Part shown: in pieces, positions 25,251-36,984 of the stretch | Layout of the letters: every line of letters starts with the position of its first letter | Numbering within the stretch: the first letter of the stretch is position 1 | NCBI GenBank assembly: GCA_973895155.1 | Contig: OZ316898.1 | Location: 3,534,480 to 3,598,479, forward strand | Source of the DNA: Marsupella aquatica | Taxonomy: Eukaryota > Plantae > Marchantiophyta | Direction of reading: 5' to 3' | Length of the DNA: 64,000 nucleotides | Notes under the pieces: generated by a model | Databases searched by the model: none | What the model was told of the DNA's origin: nothing | The model's input: the letters and a program-made list of their open reading frames with translations, nothing else | Made by a program: the position numbers and the translations under genes

Positions 25251-27378
25251 TATATATAATAGAGTTAGATAGATAGATATCTGATTTGTTTAATCAGAGC
25301 TCCTTCGTGTAAAAAACGCCAATCCATTAAGAACTGGTACTCAGCATGTACATCATTTTTCCCGAGGTCGACTTCCAGTAAAGTAAATGAAACTGAATCT
25401 AGTAAAAGACCCCAATCCACTAAGAAGTAGTCCTCAGCAGCGTGTACATCATTTTCCCCGAGGTCGACTCCCAGTAAAGTAAATGAAAATGAACTTAGAC
25501 GACACCATGAACATGAAAGCGATAGACGTGAATGAATATCAAGTTTTCCTCCCGTTAAAACGACTTTTCATGGGCCCCATACAATATTCCGCCACCCTCC
25601 GCCCGCCCTTCACTGGATGATAAACTTACAAACACTCTGCCAGTGCTGATTTAGATCTGTAAAGTTCGGAAGTTGATGCTCCGATGCTACATTCATCCAA
25701 GATGTTTAAAATCATTGAATTTCTGAGAGAGAAAAAAATAGGCAATCTTCCAATTGAATCACTTAATCCATAGGAAACGAATTGGGCCAGCCCAATGAAT
25801 TAATCAATCGAATTCAATCACCCCACTAGAGACATAGACATATCATTACACCACACCTGCCACTATAAAAATCTCATTCCATGTCTCACTACTCACCATA
25901 AAAGGTGAAACACTAGCACCTTTTGCCTACTCACCATAAACACTAGCACCTTTTGCCTACTCACCATAAAGGTGGAACACTAGCACCTTTTGTGGAGCTA
26001 CTTGTCAAAATGTTGGAACACCTTTCGTGGACTACTTGTCAAAATGTTGGAACACCTTTTGTGTAACTCATAGCCCATTTCTGAAACTGTGCTCGTCACA
26101 ATGAAAACTAAGAGTACCCGTCGTAGCCCTTTATAGGGGCAGTCGTGGTTTAAGCCGGCATAGACATATCATTACGCCACAATAAGAACAAGACCAGCGA
26201 CATCTGTCTAGAATAAAGATTGCATGGCGAAAAGCTCGAAACTAGTCACCTTACTGCAAAAGCCGGTAGTTTGGCCAACTCCAACCTCCACCCAATAAGT
26301 AGGGACAGGTAGAGGCAGACCTCTGGGACCTACTGACTTATTTTAGTTTACTGTTTAAGACCTACTGCTTGACACACTATAGTCCAGGAATCCACAAAGA
26401 TCACGCTGCAGGATTTCCAGTCAGTCGTAGCATAGTTATCCCAAGCACGACACCAAAAATCACAACAGAATCATCAATGCAAGGCCAATCTCGAAAAGAA
26501 CCTTTTAAGGAGAACTCTGTTCCACATTTTGGAGCTGCATTCCGGATCATGAATTAGGGATTTTTAAATGTAACAAGATACTGCCATCCTGAGCTGGAAG
26601 CAATGGTCATCGGTGGATGCACTTAAATTCGTCCAGCAATTCCTGATTGATCAGAAACTGTATTGTAACAGTCCATGTAGGTAAGGTATGTCTGCATCAA
26701 AGGACTTCAAATCGAAAGCAGGGCATTGCCATTCCAAAAGTTGATAGCAGTGCTGAATTTCAGCGAGTAACGTTATTGGCAAATCAACCAATTGTTGAAT
26801 CCGGTGCGGTCTACCGAGCCAATTCAAGACTTGATTATATAATACACACAATTCTGAAATTATTTTACACCAACTGCTATGGAATCGATTCTACACAATA
26901 CAAAACGACCTGTCGAAGTCCTGCACCAAGGTTATATAGTACTTCGAATCCTACGAAACTGGAGGAAACAATAGCCGTTTCTAAACAACCATCGCTTTCA
27001 ATTTGAGAAACATATCCAGTCCGATCCGCTATCGATTGTGACCCGCTTCGACAAACAATCTACTGTGTGCAACCATCGATCGACATTTCTGCCACGCGCT
27101 GCACCTGAAAAGGAGATTTTGGCCATCACCAGGCTCACATCATTGATTTCGCTCGTAAATATTACTGGCAATCAACTACGTTATCGTCATCTTTGTCTCC
27201 CCCTCACTCGGCCTGTAATGATCGTGTCAGCGCTGCTTCTGGTACGTGTACTTAAAGATGATTCACATCATCCGTGTCTTCTTCCATTCCGGAAATCTTG
27301 TCTTTGTGCTGTATGAGAATCGGGCTTTATTGTTTACTTTCCGATGAGGCCACCACAATCTGCCAAGCGCATCTCATC

Positions 27379-27951
27379 TCACTGCGCGTCACACCTCGCC
27401 TTCAAATCCTCATTAAACCCCTCAAAATTCTTCCTCGCATCTCTCTCCATCTTTCTTCCGTCCTTAGCTAGAAAACTCAACACCCCACTGAAGCTCTCGT
27501 CGTGCACGAACGTGGTGCCCCCGGGGGTCGTCTCGCTCGGATTGAAGCGAAACGTATGCATGCCGGTGAACAGGCCCGGGATGCCATAGAGGAAGCCTCG
27601 CCAGCTGAACTCGCGCTCGTCATTGACCTAGATGGCAGGAGGCAAAAATTGCCAATCAGTTTCTGAATCGCGTATTTTGCATAACTCTGTTGGAGATGGA
27701 CAGAGGTCTTAGCTATGAAAGAGTTTGGAGATGAGATGAGATGAGGAACTTACCACTATGGTGGGTTGGAAGGACACGCTGCCGACGGTAACGCTCAGTT
27801 TCTCGCCCGGCTCAAGCTTGGCAGCGTCGCCTGTGGCAGGCTTGACGGAGGCCATGAAGCCTTGCGTCCATGTGGGCAGTTGCGCAAAGTCGAGCATTAC
27901 TTTCCTGACCTCTTCCGGGGCACGGGCGATTTCGATTTGGGTCGAAAGCAT
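27379..27951 (-). CDS. SRPBCC/START-fold polyketide cyclase/dehydrase-like protein (Polyketide_cyc2-like), copy 1, 148 aa
   Basis: Exons 27951-27754 and 27627-27379 (GT-AG, phase 0): MLSTQIEIARAPEEVRKVMLDF...W...VNDEREFSWRG...FTGMHTFRF...TPGGTTFVHDESFSG...FEGFNEDLKARC. Confidence 0.85.
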
Positions 27952-29629
27952 GATTCCGATCGTGAACGAAACGACTGAAGCACAAATTGACTACCGAAGA
28001 ATCGAAACCAGAACGTGAATCTAAGCTCCAATGCTACACGGGACGGAACCTTTCTCAGCCACAACAACCTGCAAGAGATGAAGCAGAATGATATCTCAGG
28101 ACTCACAAGACGATGAAAAGCTTTGAAGGTGGAGGACCTTCAGAATGCGAACGATCAGCTCTGAAAAGTGTAAAGGGAGAGCACGCTGAACAGTGAGATT
28201 GAGTCTGATCGCGGCGCATCTTGGCACTACTGTATTTAAACTCATCCACCTCATCAGAGAAAAACTCATCCACCTCATCAGAGAATTGTACCAAGTTGCT
28301 CTGAGGACGCGTTGCACAAGTCCATTTAGAAGCATGTTTGATTTCCTTTTATAAATAACGATTTTCACATTGCATGCTGTGGCTTTGCACCTGTTACTTT
28401 AGTGGTTAACTCCAGGTAGTTGCTCGGAGACTGAAACTAAATACCTAAAGAAGGTGTTTACGAGAACATGCAGTCCATGGCCTACTGGTTACCAAGCCAG
28501 AGTGCGGACACTCAGGTAGCTCACTGTGAGCTTTTTAACACACACCCTTCCCAAAAGTGGGGTTCAGACGCGTGCCTCTTGTTACACTCAGAAGTCCTTT
28601 TGATTCGAAGAGAGTTTACACACATAATCCCCCCCAAAAGTGCGGTTCAGACATTTCTAGTAACACACAAACATTTTTTGATTCTAGTTCACATAATCCC
28701 CCCCCCCCCCAAAAGTGCGGTTCAGACGCTTCTAGTAACACACAAACATTTTTTGATTCCAGATGTGAACAGGCTGTTGCAGTTTCCGGTCAATAATCAC
28801 TAAGTATAATCCAAAGGAGCTCTAGAACAGTCTTAAATGCTGAACACATTACTCTTAGAAGTGAATGAAGTTCACCAGACAGTCTCATCTCACATTCACG
28901 CCCAGCTAGAGTTTAATAAAACTTGGGTTTGACCTTTTAGATTAACTAAATAAATTGTCCCTCTGTCCCTCCCCTTTTTTTTTCTAGCCCCTTCGGAAGT
29001 GGAAATACGGTGGGTTTTGTAATTTCCTGAGTCTCTTGGTCACATAATGGAAATGCAACGGCAATCATGTGCAATGTAATTTTTTTTTAAACCTTTCTGA
29101 ATTTCAAAATAAGTAACTCATAATTACAGGCATCTCATTAATGTAGGGATTAATTTATCATTGTAGTCATTTCAGTTGTAATCATTTTATTCTTAAGGCC
29201 ATTGTTTTGTTGGTCAATGCATGTCATTGTTGAAAATGTTTTAGAAATGAGCATTAATGTAGAAAATGAAGCCCAGATGGACCAAGCTTACGAAAATGAA
29301 GCGCCGCTGACAGTAAAGAGACTCAGCAAAAACATGTGACGGTATATGGCATGGCTCTAGGGAATTATCATGAAGGATCTAGGTCTTTTATCACATTTGA
29401 AATGGCTTTGACAGCTACCTCTGACATCAATGGTACGGAGAAAGGAGAAAATTTACGTTAGTACTTCCTGGTGGGGCATCTTGGAATCTGTCAGTACTTC
29501 ATGGTCAAAGTTCCCACTATAGTCTCCCTTCTATGCTCAGGACCATAGTCAAACCTGATCACAAAGCTCAAGGAGTAAAACACGAGGTAAGGAGCTCTGC
29601 CATGTCAGGTGACAATTTTATGAAATTCC

Positions 29630-30185
29630 GCTGCCCATATCCCAGGTCATGCTGCCACTAGGGCTGCTCGCCTCAAGGAGGAGGCTTATGCTACGCGTTA
29701 CCTAGGGGACCTTTTCTACCCGTTTGCCGTGGAGGTTTTTGGAGCGCTGCACCCGACTTTTGACCATTTCTTGCGCTCCTGTGCGGTTTATTATGTCGAG
29801 CGGCGGCCTTATCCACCCGTCTATGTTATCACTGCCTTTTTTAGACAGCGGGTGTCCATTGCACTTCAGCGAGCACAGGCCTCACTATCCTTCGTAGAGG
29901 AGAGGCGGTTGGAGTCAGGGCATCTAGTCGGATTCCATTGCTTGACCCCCCTATGCAATTCACGATGGAGCTTTATCAGGCCCTTCACTTTTCCGTTGGG
30001 TAGTCTTTAGGGTTGTGTGTCCTTTGTTCTCCTTGGGCTGGGCTTGTGCCTGGTCTTTTTTGTTTTTGCTCTTTGGCCTTCTGGCCCTTTTTCTTGTTTT
30101 CCCTTGATTGGGTTTTTTGGCCTGTGGGATCCTGTCTCCCGGTTCAGTGCCTCCTGCTCTTTGGCAGTCTGTTATATTTTTGTAA
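29630..30185 (+). mobile_element. 3' remnant of a CRE-like non-LTR retrotransposon (restriction-like endonuclease end plus 3' UTR)
   Basis: Frame from 29642: PGHAATRAARLKEEAYATRYLGDLFYPFAVEVFGALHPTFDHFLRSCA...FFRQRVSIALQRAQA, matching the K..Y / F.P.A.E..G / QR.S.ALQR.(N/Q)A signature. Confidence 0.7.
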
Positions 30186-33100
30186 CGTCAGTAGCTGACC
30201 ACTGTGTTGACACTGGAGGCTCATGCTGAATGGGGGGCAATAGGGGATGGGCAGTATCGAAGATCATGATAATTCCCCGAATCCTCTCATTCAAATCCTC
30301 TCAGTTTCCAGCTTTGGGTACTTAGAAGTGGGCTCATAAAGTAGCTCATCTTGCTGTTGTTGCCAATCGCCATTGTGGTGAGATGTCCACACTCGCCAAG
30401 CATATATTTCACTACGTAGTGCCGCTTGCATGTACTTAGCAATAACTGGGTCCAATAACCAAAATTGGGACCAGAATGTGCAAAATTTCAGCTTGTATCT
30501 ATGAAAATTAAAACTAAAACAAAAGGCTTTACTCAAATCAAAATGGTGAGGTGAAAAGTGAGATTCATTTTGAACTTGCTCACTTGGCAATGTTATTCTA
30601 GTGAGCAACTCATACCTCACCCATTGCCCCTAAGCCACTGCAGAGAATTTAGTTCACAGACTACATCCAGGGGAGGTAAAATTGCTTCACCCAGTCTCTG
30701 TGATGCTGCCTGATGCAGTCAGAATTGAAAAGGCCAAAATGATGCCTTGCTGCTAGATGCAATGATATTAACTAGGCAAACAATGTTGCCTATTCAGCTG
30801 CCAGATGCAACTAGATTAAAGAATAATCTTGCCTGTGAAGCTGTAGATTCATTTCACAATGTGTACTTATTGAAACCTGATTTTCTCTAGAAGTCCATAA
30901 CTCTTCTCTCTTTCAAAGGACCAATTGAGTCTGCATTTTGGCATTTCAGTCAACCCTGTGGCTCTTAATCTACGTAGTGATTGAAATCAAAACTTCCAAT
31001 TTCACAGAAATTTATCTTTGAATTTTACAACACTCTGTCTAGAATGAGAGCAGCTTTGATCATTTCAATCATGTTTGTCTATGGCTATCAATTAAAGTCA
31101 ATCCACTATTAATGGACAACGATGGCACTCTCTTCATAGAATGATGTGGATAGAACCTGACTGCTAGCTGATTTTTTTGTTTATTAAGTATTAGCTAGTT
31201 TACATATATGGACCCCCGCATGGACCTCCTCAACCCGGATTCCCAAGCTGAGTCTCCATCCTGGCTCAATAGTGACAGCAAGCCCAAGAACCCTCATGGA
31301 TCATATCCCAAATCGGATTCAGAATATATATACAACGAAGGTGATGTCTTAGTTGGATGATGATCAAGATGTTAATGCAGTTCCCGGTGCTGTTCAGTTT
31401 GGACCAATCTTGGGTGGGACAGGTCTGCAAAATAATGATCGCCCACAAAAGCACCCATTTATTAACATCAATGTTGAGATAGAGACAAAGGTCTTATTCC
31501 AGCAGTGCAGACTGTTTGGGGTAATATAAACCGCTCATTTTGTACCAGACATATTCGAGCCAATGTCATCACTCACTCCTACCAGACCATTGGGAATTAG
31601 TTTTTCAACGAGGTTTGTGGAAAATAATGGATTGTACACTCATTTTCAGCATTGTATGGTTAATTGTTGAGGGCTTGGTTAAGCTTTTTGGTTCCTTTCA
31701 CATTATGTTATGTCTTCTAAGTTGGCTTGCCAAGTTAGAGCAATGGTTTTCAATTGCATGTTGGATGAATACAAGCCATTGACATCACGACAATAAGCTG
31801 GCCTTGACTACATCAGAGACATCGATCCAAAATTGTACTCTTGTCATGCCTTCTGTGTAGCAAGGTAAGGTTAATTCTTGAAAATGTTCTCTTACTAAAT
31901 GTACTTTCAAACATTTGTGCCTCATATGGAGTGTCCCTATCTTTTGCATTAATCAGGTGGGAACATACCACTTCTAATGTGGTGGAGATATTAAATGGAG
32001 TTATTTAGGAAACTTAGAAACAATATTAAATTAAAAAAAAGAATAGAAAAGAATGAGAATTTTTGTTCTCGTCTCAATAGAATTTAAATTCTTTTCACTC
32101 TTCTATCAATAATCTCTTTTCAACTCACAACTCTAATTAATAATGTGGTAACTTTAGTTCCCCTTCTATAGTTTTCCATTATGTGAATGGGGCCCCATCA
32201 AGTAATTTGCTGAAAGATATAATGTGGGACCTACTTAGATTTGAAACCCACCTACCCATTATAGCCACTTGATAGCTCAACCCTCAACTTCAAATGACCT
32301 TGAGATTGGAATCCTTTTTTGTATGTCATCTATGAGTTTATGACTGAGTGGGTCGATGTCCCAAGCTAGATTGTTGTTTTTTTTATTCTTTTCACCTGAT
32401 CCCATCATTAGGAAAATTTAAGGTTTTAAATACAATGGTCATTATGGGTTCACTCCAAAAGGTCATTTTGTAAGACCATGGGGGAAAATTATAGAGTTAG
32501 ATAGATATATGATTTGTTTAATTAGAGCTTGGTCCTCAGCAGCGTGTACATCATTTTCCCCGAGGTCAACTTCCAGTAAACTAAATGAAAATGAATTTAG
32601 ACTATACCATGAACATGAAAGCCATAGACATGAATGAATATCAAGTTTTCCTCACGTTACAAACAGTTTTTTATGGGCCTCAGACAATATTCCTCCACCC
32701 TCCGCCCGTCCTTCACTGGATGATAAACTTACAAACACTCTGCCAGTGCTAATTTAAAATAACAGGTATTTCATTCACAGGCCCTATCTGTAAAGTTCGG
32801 AAGTTGATGCATCGATGCTACATTCATCCAAGATGTGTAAAATCATTGAATTTCTCAGAGAGGAAAAAGCAGATAATCTTCCAATTGAATCACTGAATCC
32901 ATAGGAAACGAATTGCGCCAGCCCAATGAATTAATCAATCACATTCAATCACCCCCACGAGAGGCATAGATATATCATTGGGCCACAGTAATGAATAAAA
33001 CCAGAGAAATCTGTCTGAAAGAAAGAAGGATTGCAGGGCGAAAAGCGCGAAACTAGTCACCTTACTGCAAAAGCCGGTAGTTTGGCCAACTCCAACCTCC

Positions 33101-34154
33101 ACCCAACAATTAGAGACAGGTAGAAGCAGACCTCTGCTACCTTTAGGAACTACTGCTTGACACACTTTACTCCAGGATTCCACAAAGATCGCAGTCCGTC
33201 GTAGTCATACTTATCCCAAGCACGACACCAAAAACCACAACAGAATCATCAATACAAGGCGAGGCATAGGATTTCCATGAAATCATTCTATTTCGAGAAT
33301 GAGCCCACTTTTAAGGAGAACTCTGTTCCACATTTTGGAGCTGCATTACGGATTATGAAATAGAGATTTTTAAATGTAACAAGATACTGCCATCCTGAGC
33401 TGGAAGCAACGTTCATCGGTGGATGCACTTAAATTCGTCCAGCAATTCCTAATTGATCAGAAACTGTAGTGTAATTAACAGTCCATCTAGGTAACTCCAT
33501 CAAAGGACTTCAAATCGAAGGCAGGACATTGCCATTCCAAAGTTGATAGCAGTGCTGAATTTCAGCGAGTAATGTTACTGGCAAATCAACGAATTCTTGA
33601 CTCCGGTCCAATTCAAGATTTGATTATCTTACACACAATTATGAAATCATTTTACACCAAATGCTATGGAATCTATTCTACACAATACAAAACGACCTGT
33701 CGAAGTCCCGCACCAAGGTCATACAGTACTTCGAATCCTACGAAACTGCAAGAGGAAACAATAGACGTTTCTAAACAACCAGCTTTCAATTTGAGAAACA
33801 TATCTAGTCCGATCCGGTATTGATAGTGACCGCTTGGACAAACAATCTACTGTGTGATACCATCCATTGACATTTCCGACACGCGCTGCAGCTGAAAAGG
33901 AGATTTTGGACATCACCCGGCTCACATCATTCGCTCGTAAATATTACTTGCAATCTCCTACGTTGTCGTCATATTTGTCTCCCCCTCACTCGGCCTGTAA
34001 TGGTCATGTCAGCGCTGCTTCTGGTACGTGTACCTAAAGATGATTCACGTCATCCGTGTCTTCTTCCATTCCGGAAATCTTCTCTTTGTGCTGTATGAGA
34101 ATCAGGCTTTATTGTTTACTTTTCAATGAGGCCATCTGCCAAGCGCGTCTCATC

Positions 34155-34725
34155 TCACTGCGCCTCACACCTCGCCTTCAAATCGTCATTAAACCCCTCA
34201 AAATTCTTCCTCGTATCTCTCTCCATCTTTTTTCCCTCCTTCACTAGAAAACTCAACACCCCACTGAAGCTCTCTTCGTGCACGAACGTGGTGCCCCCGG
34301 GGGTCGTCTCGCTCGGATTGAAGCGAAACGTGTGCACGCCGGTGAACAGGCTCGGGATGCCGTAGAGGACGCCTCGCCAGCTGAACGCGCGCTCGTCATT
34401 GACCTAGATGGCAGGAGGCAAATTGCCAATCAGTTTCTGAATCGCGTATTTTGCATAACTCTGTTGGAGATGGACAGAGAACTTAGCTATGAGAGAGTTT
34501 GGAGATGAAATGAGACGAGGAACTTACCAATATGGTGGGTTTGAAGGAGACGCTGCCGACGGTAAGGCTCAGTTTCTCACCCGGCTCAAGCTTGGCCGCG
34601 TCGCCTTTGGCAGGCTTGACGGAGGCCATGAAGCCTTGCGTCCATGTGGGCAGTTGCGCAAAGTCGAGCATTACTTTCCTGACCTCTTCCGGGGCACGGG
34701 CGATTTCGATTTGGGTCGAAAGCAT
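34155..34725 (-). CDS. SRPBCC/polyketide cyclase/dehydrase-like protein, copy 2, 148 aa
   Basis: Exons 34725-34528 and 34403-34155; intact frame, ~90% amino-acid identity to copy 1. Confidence 0.85.
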
Positions 34726-35265
34726 GATTCCGATTGTGAAGAATGACTACTGCACAAATTGACTACCGAAGAATCGAAACCAGATCGTGAATCTAAGCTC
34801 CAATGCTACACTGGACGGAACCTTTCTCAGCCACAAAAACCTGCGAGAGATGAAGCGAATGATATCTCAAGACACACAAACCAATGAAAAGCTTTGAAGG
34901 TGAGAGACCTTCAAAATGCGAACGATCTGCAGAAAAGCTCTGAAAAGTGTAAAGGGAGGGCACGCTAAACAGTGAGATTGAGTCTGATTAATTCGGCGCA
35001 TCTTGGGCACTATTTTATTTAAACTCATCCTCCTCATCAGAGAACTGTACCAAGGTCCTCTGAGGACGCGTTGCACAAGTCTATTTAGAAGGAAGTTCGC
35101 CCCACTGACTCATCAGAAGGTTCCTCCAGACAGCAGCAAGCCTCCCTACCCCAAATGAGACTGGATGCTTATTGCTCAACGCAGCCGTGTGATTGTGCAG
35201 ACTGCGAAGCCACTAAAGGATGCTTGCTCCGTAAGTTAGAGCATCTCCAACCCACCAAGGTTTTT

Positions 35266-35590
35266 TTTGCCTTGAAACCCAAAGTTGACCCATCCATTTT
35301 TTGCCTTGAAAACCCAAAGCTGACCCATCCTACATAGGATAACCCATCAACTCAAGAGCATGCACCTCTATAGGGTAGCCCACAAGGGGATCATACCCAG
35401 GAGCAGGAGGGAGAGAGGATTGGACCAAAGCCCTAACTGACCAACCAGGGCTGAGTAAAAACCATTACTCCCACCACTACACCCCACACACACTCACCCT
35501 CCACAACCCTTGCATGTAGAGAGGGGATTGAACTTGGGACCTCTCAGGTCTAGGCTCATCCCCTGGCCAATTGAACAGAGCCAGTTGGTT
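35266..35590 (-). mobile_element. tRNA-derived SINE
   Basis: TSD CCCACCAAGGTTTTT at 35251 and 35591; B-box-like AGTTCAATCCC; A-rich tail; homologous to 62435-62658. Confidence 0.7.
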
Positions 35591-35646
35591 CCCACCAAGG
35601 TTTTTACTTACAAAAGAAGGTGTATAGTGTAGTGTACCATGTATAA

Positions 35647-36204
35647 GAGCATCTCCAAAGGTGTAGGCTATTTGTTTATTGTATACATTAAATATAGTGT
35701 AAAGAGTTGTCAGTTACTCCTTTGACACTTTTTGACACTTTTTGACACTTGCCTGTAGAGTAACTTCCATTCACGAAGTATTAGTAAGTGTAAAGCGTTG
35801 TCAGTTACTCCTTTGACACTTTCTGACACTTGCCTTTAGAGTAACTTCTGCTCACGAAGTATTAGTAAGTGTGAAGAGTTGTCAGTTACTCCTTTGACAC
35901 TTTTTGACACTTGCCTTTAGAGTTACTTCCGCTCACGAAGTATTAGTAAGTGTAAAGAGTTGTCAGTTACTCCTTTGACACTTTTTGACCCTTGCCTTTA
36001 GAGTAACTCCGTTCACTAAGTATTAGTAAGATACTAAAAAAACACAACTCTTTATACTAAACAAATAGCCTACACATAGCCTACACTAAGGCCACAAGTG
36101 TAGTTTTAGAATAATCCATTGGGGTTGCCTTTTTTGTTCAACTTTACTGGGTTTGGTCAACATAGCATTAGAGTAGACCAACCCAGTAACCCTTGGAGAT
36201 GCTC
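35647..36204. mobile_element. PIF/Harbinger (Tourist-like) MITE containing an 81-bp tandem array
   Basis: TIRs GAGCATCTCCAA / TTGGAGATGCTC with TAA TSD on both sides; four ~81-bp units at 35696-36030. Confidence 0.85.
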
Positions 36205-36984
36205 TAAGTGCATTCTGTGCATAACTGCAAGCTAGTAGTGTAGTCCCCTAATATTGAAGTCCTATGTGTTGTCTATCTAAATGCATTAGAAAAGCGCACC
36301 GTCTGTAAGTGCGACTCAACGTTTATTTTGTAAATGCAACAAAAACTTTGAGCAACAGGAATTTCCATGTGTGACAACTATATAGCCCACAAGTGCTTCC
36401 GGGGTTTGCAAGCTTGGTGAGTTGTTTCCGGGCCCTAACCTCACCATGTCCACTCTTAACAGTTAGCTACTCAACTTTGAATGCCTCGAATCTTGAAGTG
36501 TTTATGCAGGGATGCACTAAATGGGAAGGACCCAGGGTCCGGGGCAAAGACATCGAGTTCTGGAAAAAGTGCAGGTGAAAGGAGTCGAAAGTTTGCTGTT
36601 GACCGGAGGAGGAGTAACGTGAGGAATGAAATTTAGCACTGTTCATTCATTTTACACTAATCAAAGAATTGCTGAAACGGTGTCATCACGTCTATGCCAC
36701 CAAATAGAAGGAAGATACACCAGCCATATAAGCCTGCCAAATTGCTATGGCAAAATTAAGTTGACTAAGAACAGAGAAGACCTGTGTGTGAACATGACCA
36801 AAGACCACACTCTACACATTTGAGAACATGACTAAATGATGGGTCAAAAGCAGGTAGCTACACCTGTTGTATATATATCCACATGAGGTTTATCTAAATT
36901 CTATAGATACCTGTTGTATCTATATTCACATGTTTGATTCTACAGAAAGCTTTGTCCTGTACACAAATTCTATGGCTGAAAGAA

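Larger units (their letters stand above)
23201..28332. repeat. Tandem segmental duplication, copy A
   Basis: Begins TGGGTTTGACCTTTTAGAT and ends GCACAAGTC.ATTTAGAAG; colinear with 28924-35091. Confidence 0.9.
28924..35091. repeat. Tandem segmental duplication, copy B
   Basis: Colinear with 23201-28332 except for a ~2.75-kb extra block (about 29262-32010). Confidence 0.9.

Noticed and set aside
27038-28106. Plus-strand ORFs overlapping the SRPBCC gene (also 34056-34762)
   Set aside because: Antisense shadows of a GC-rich coding sequence.
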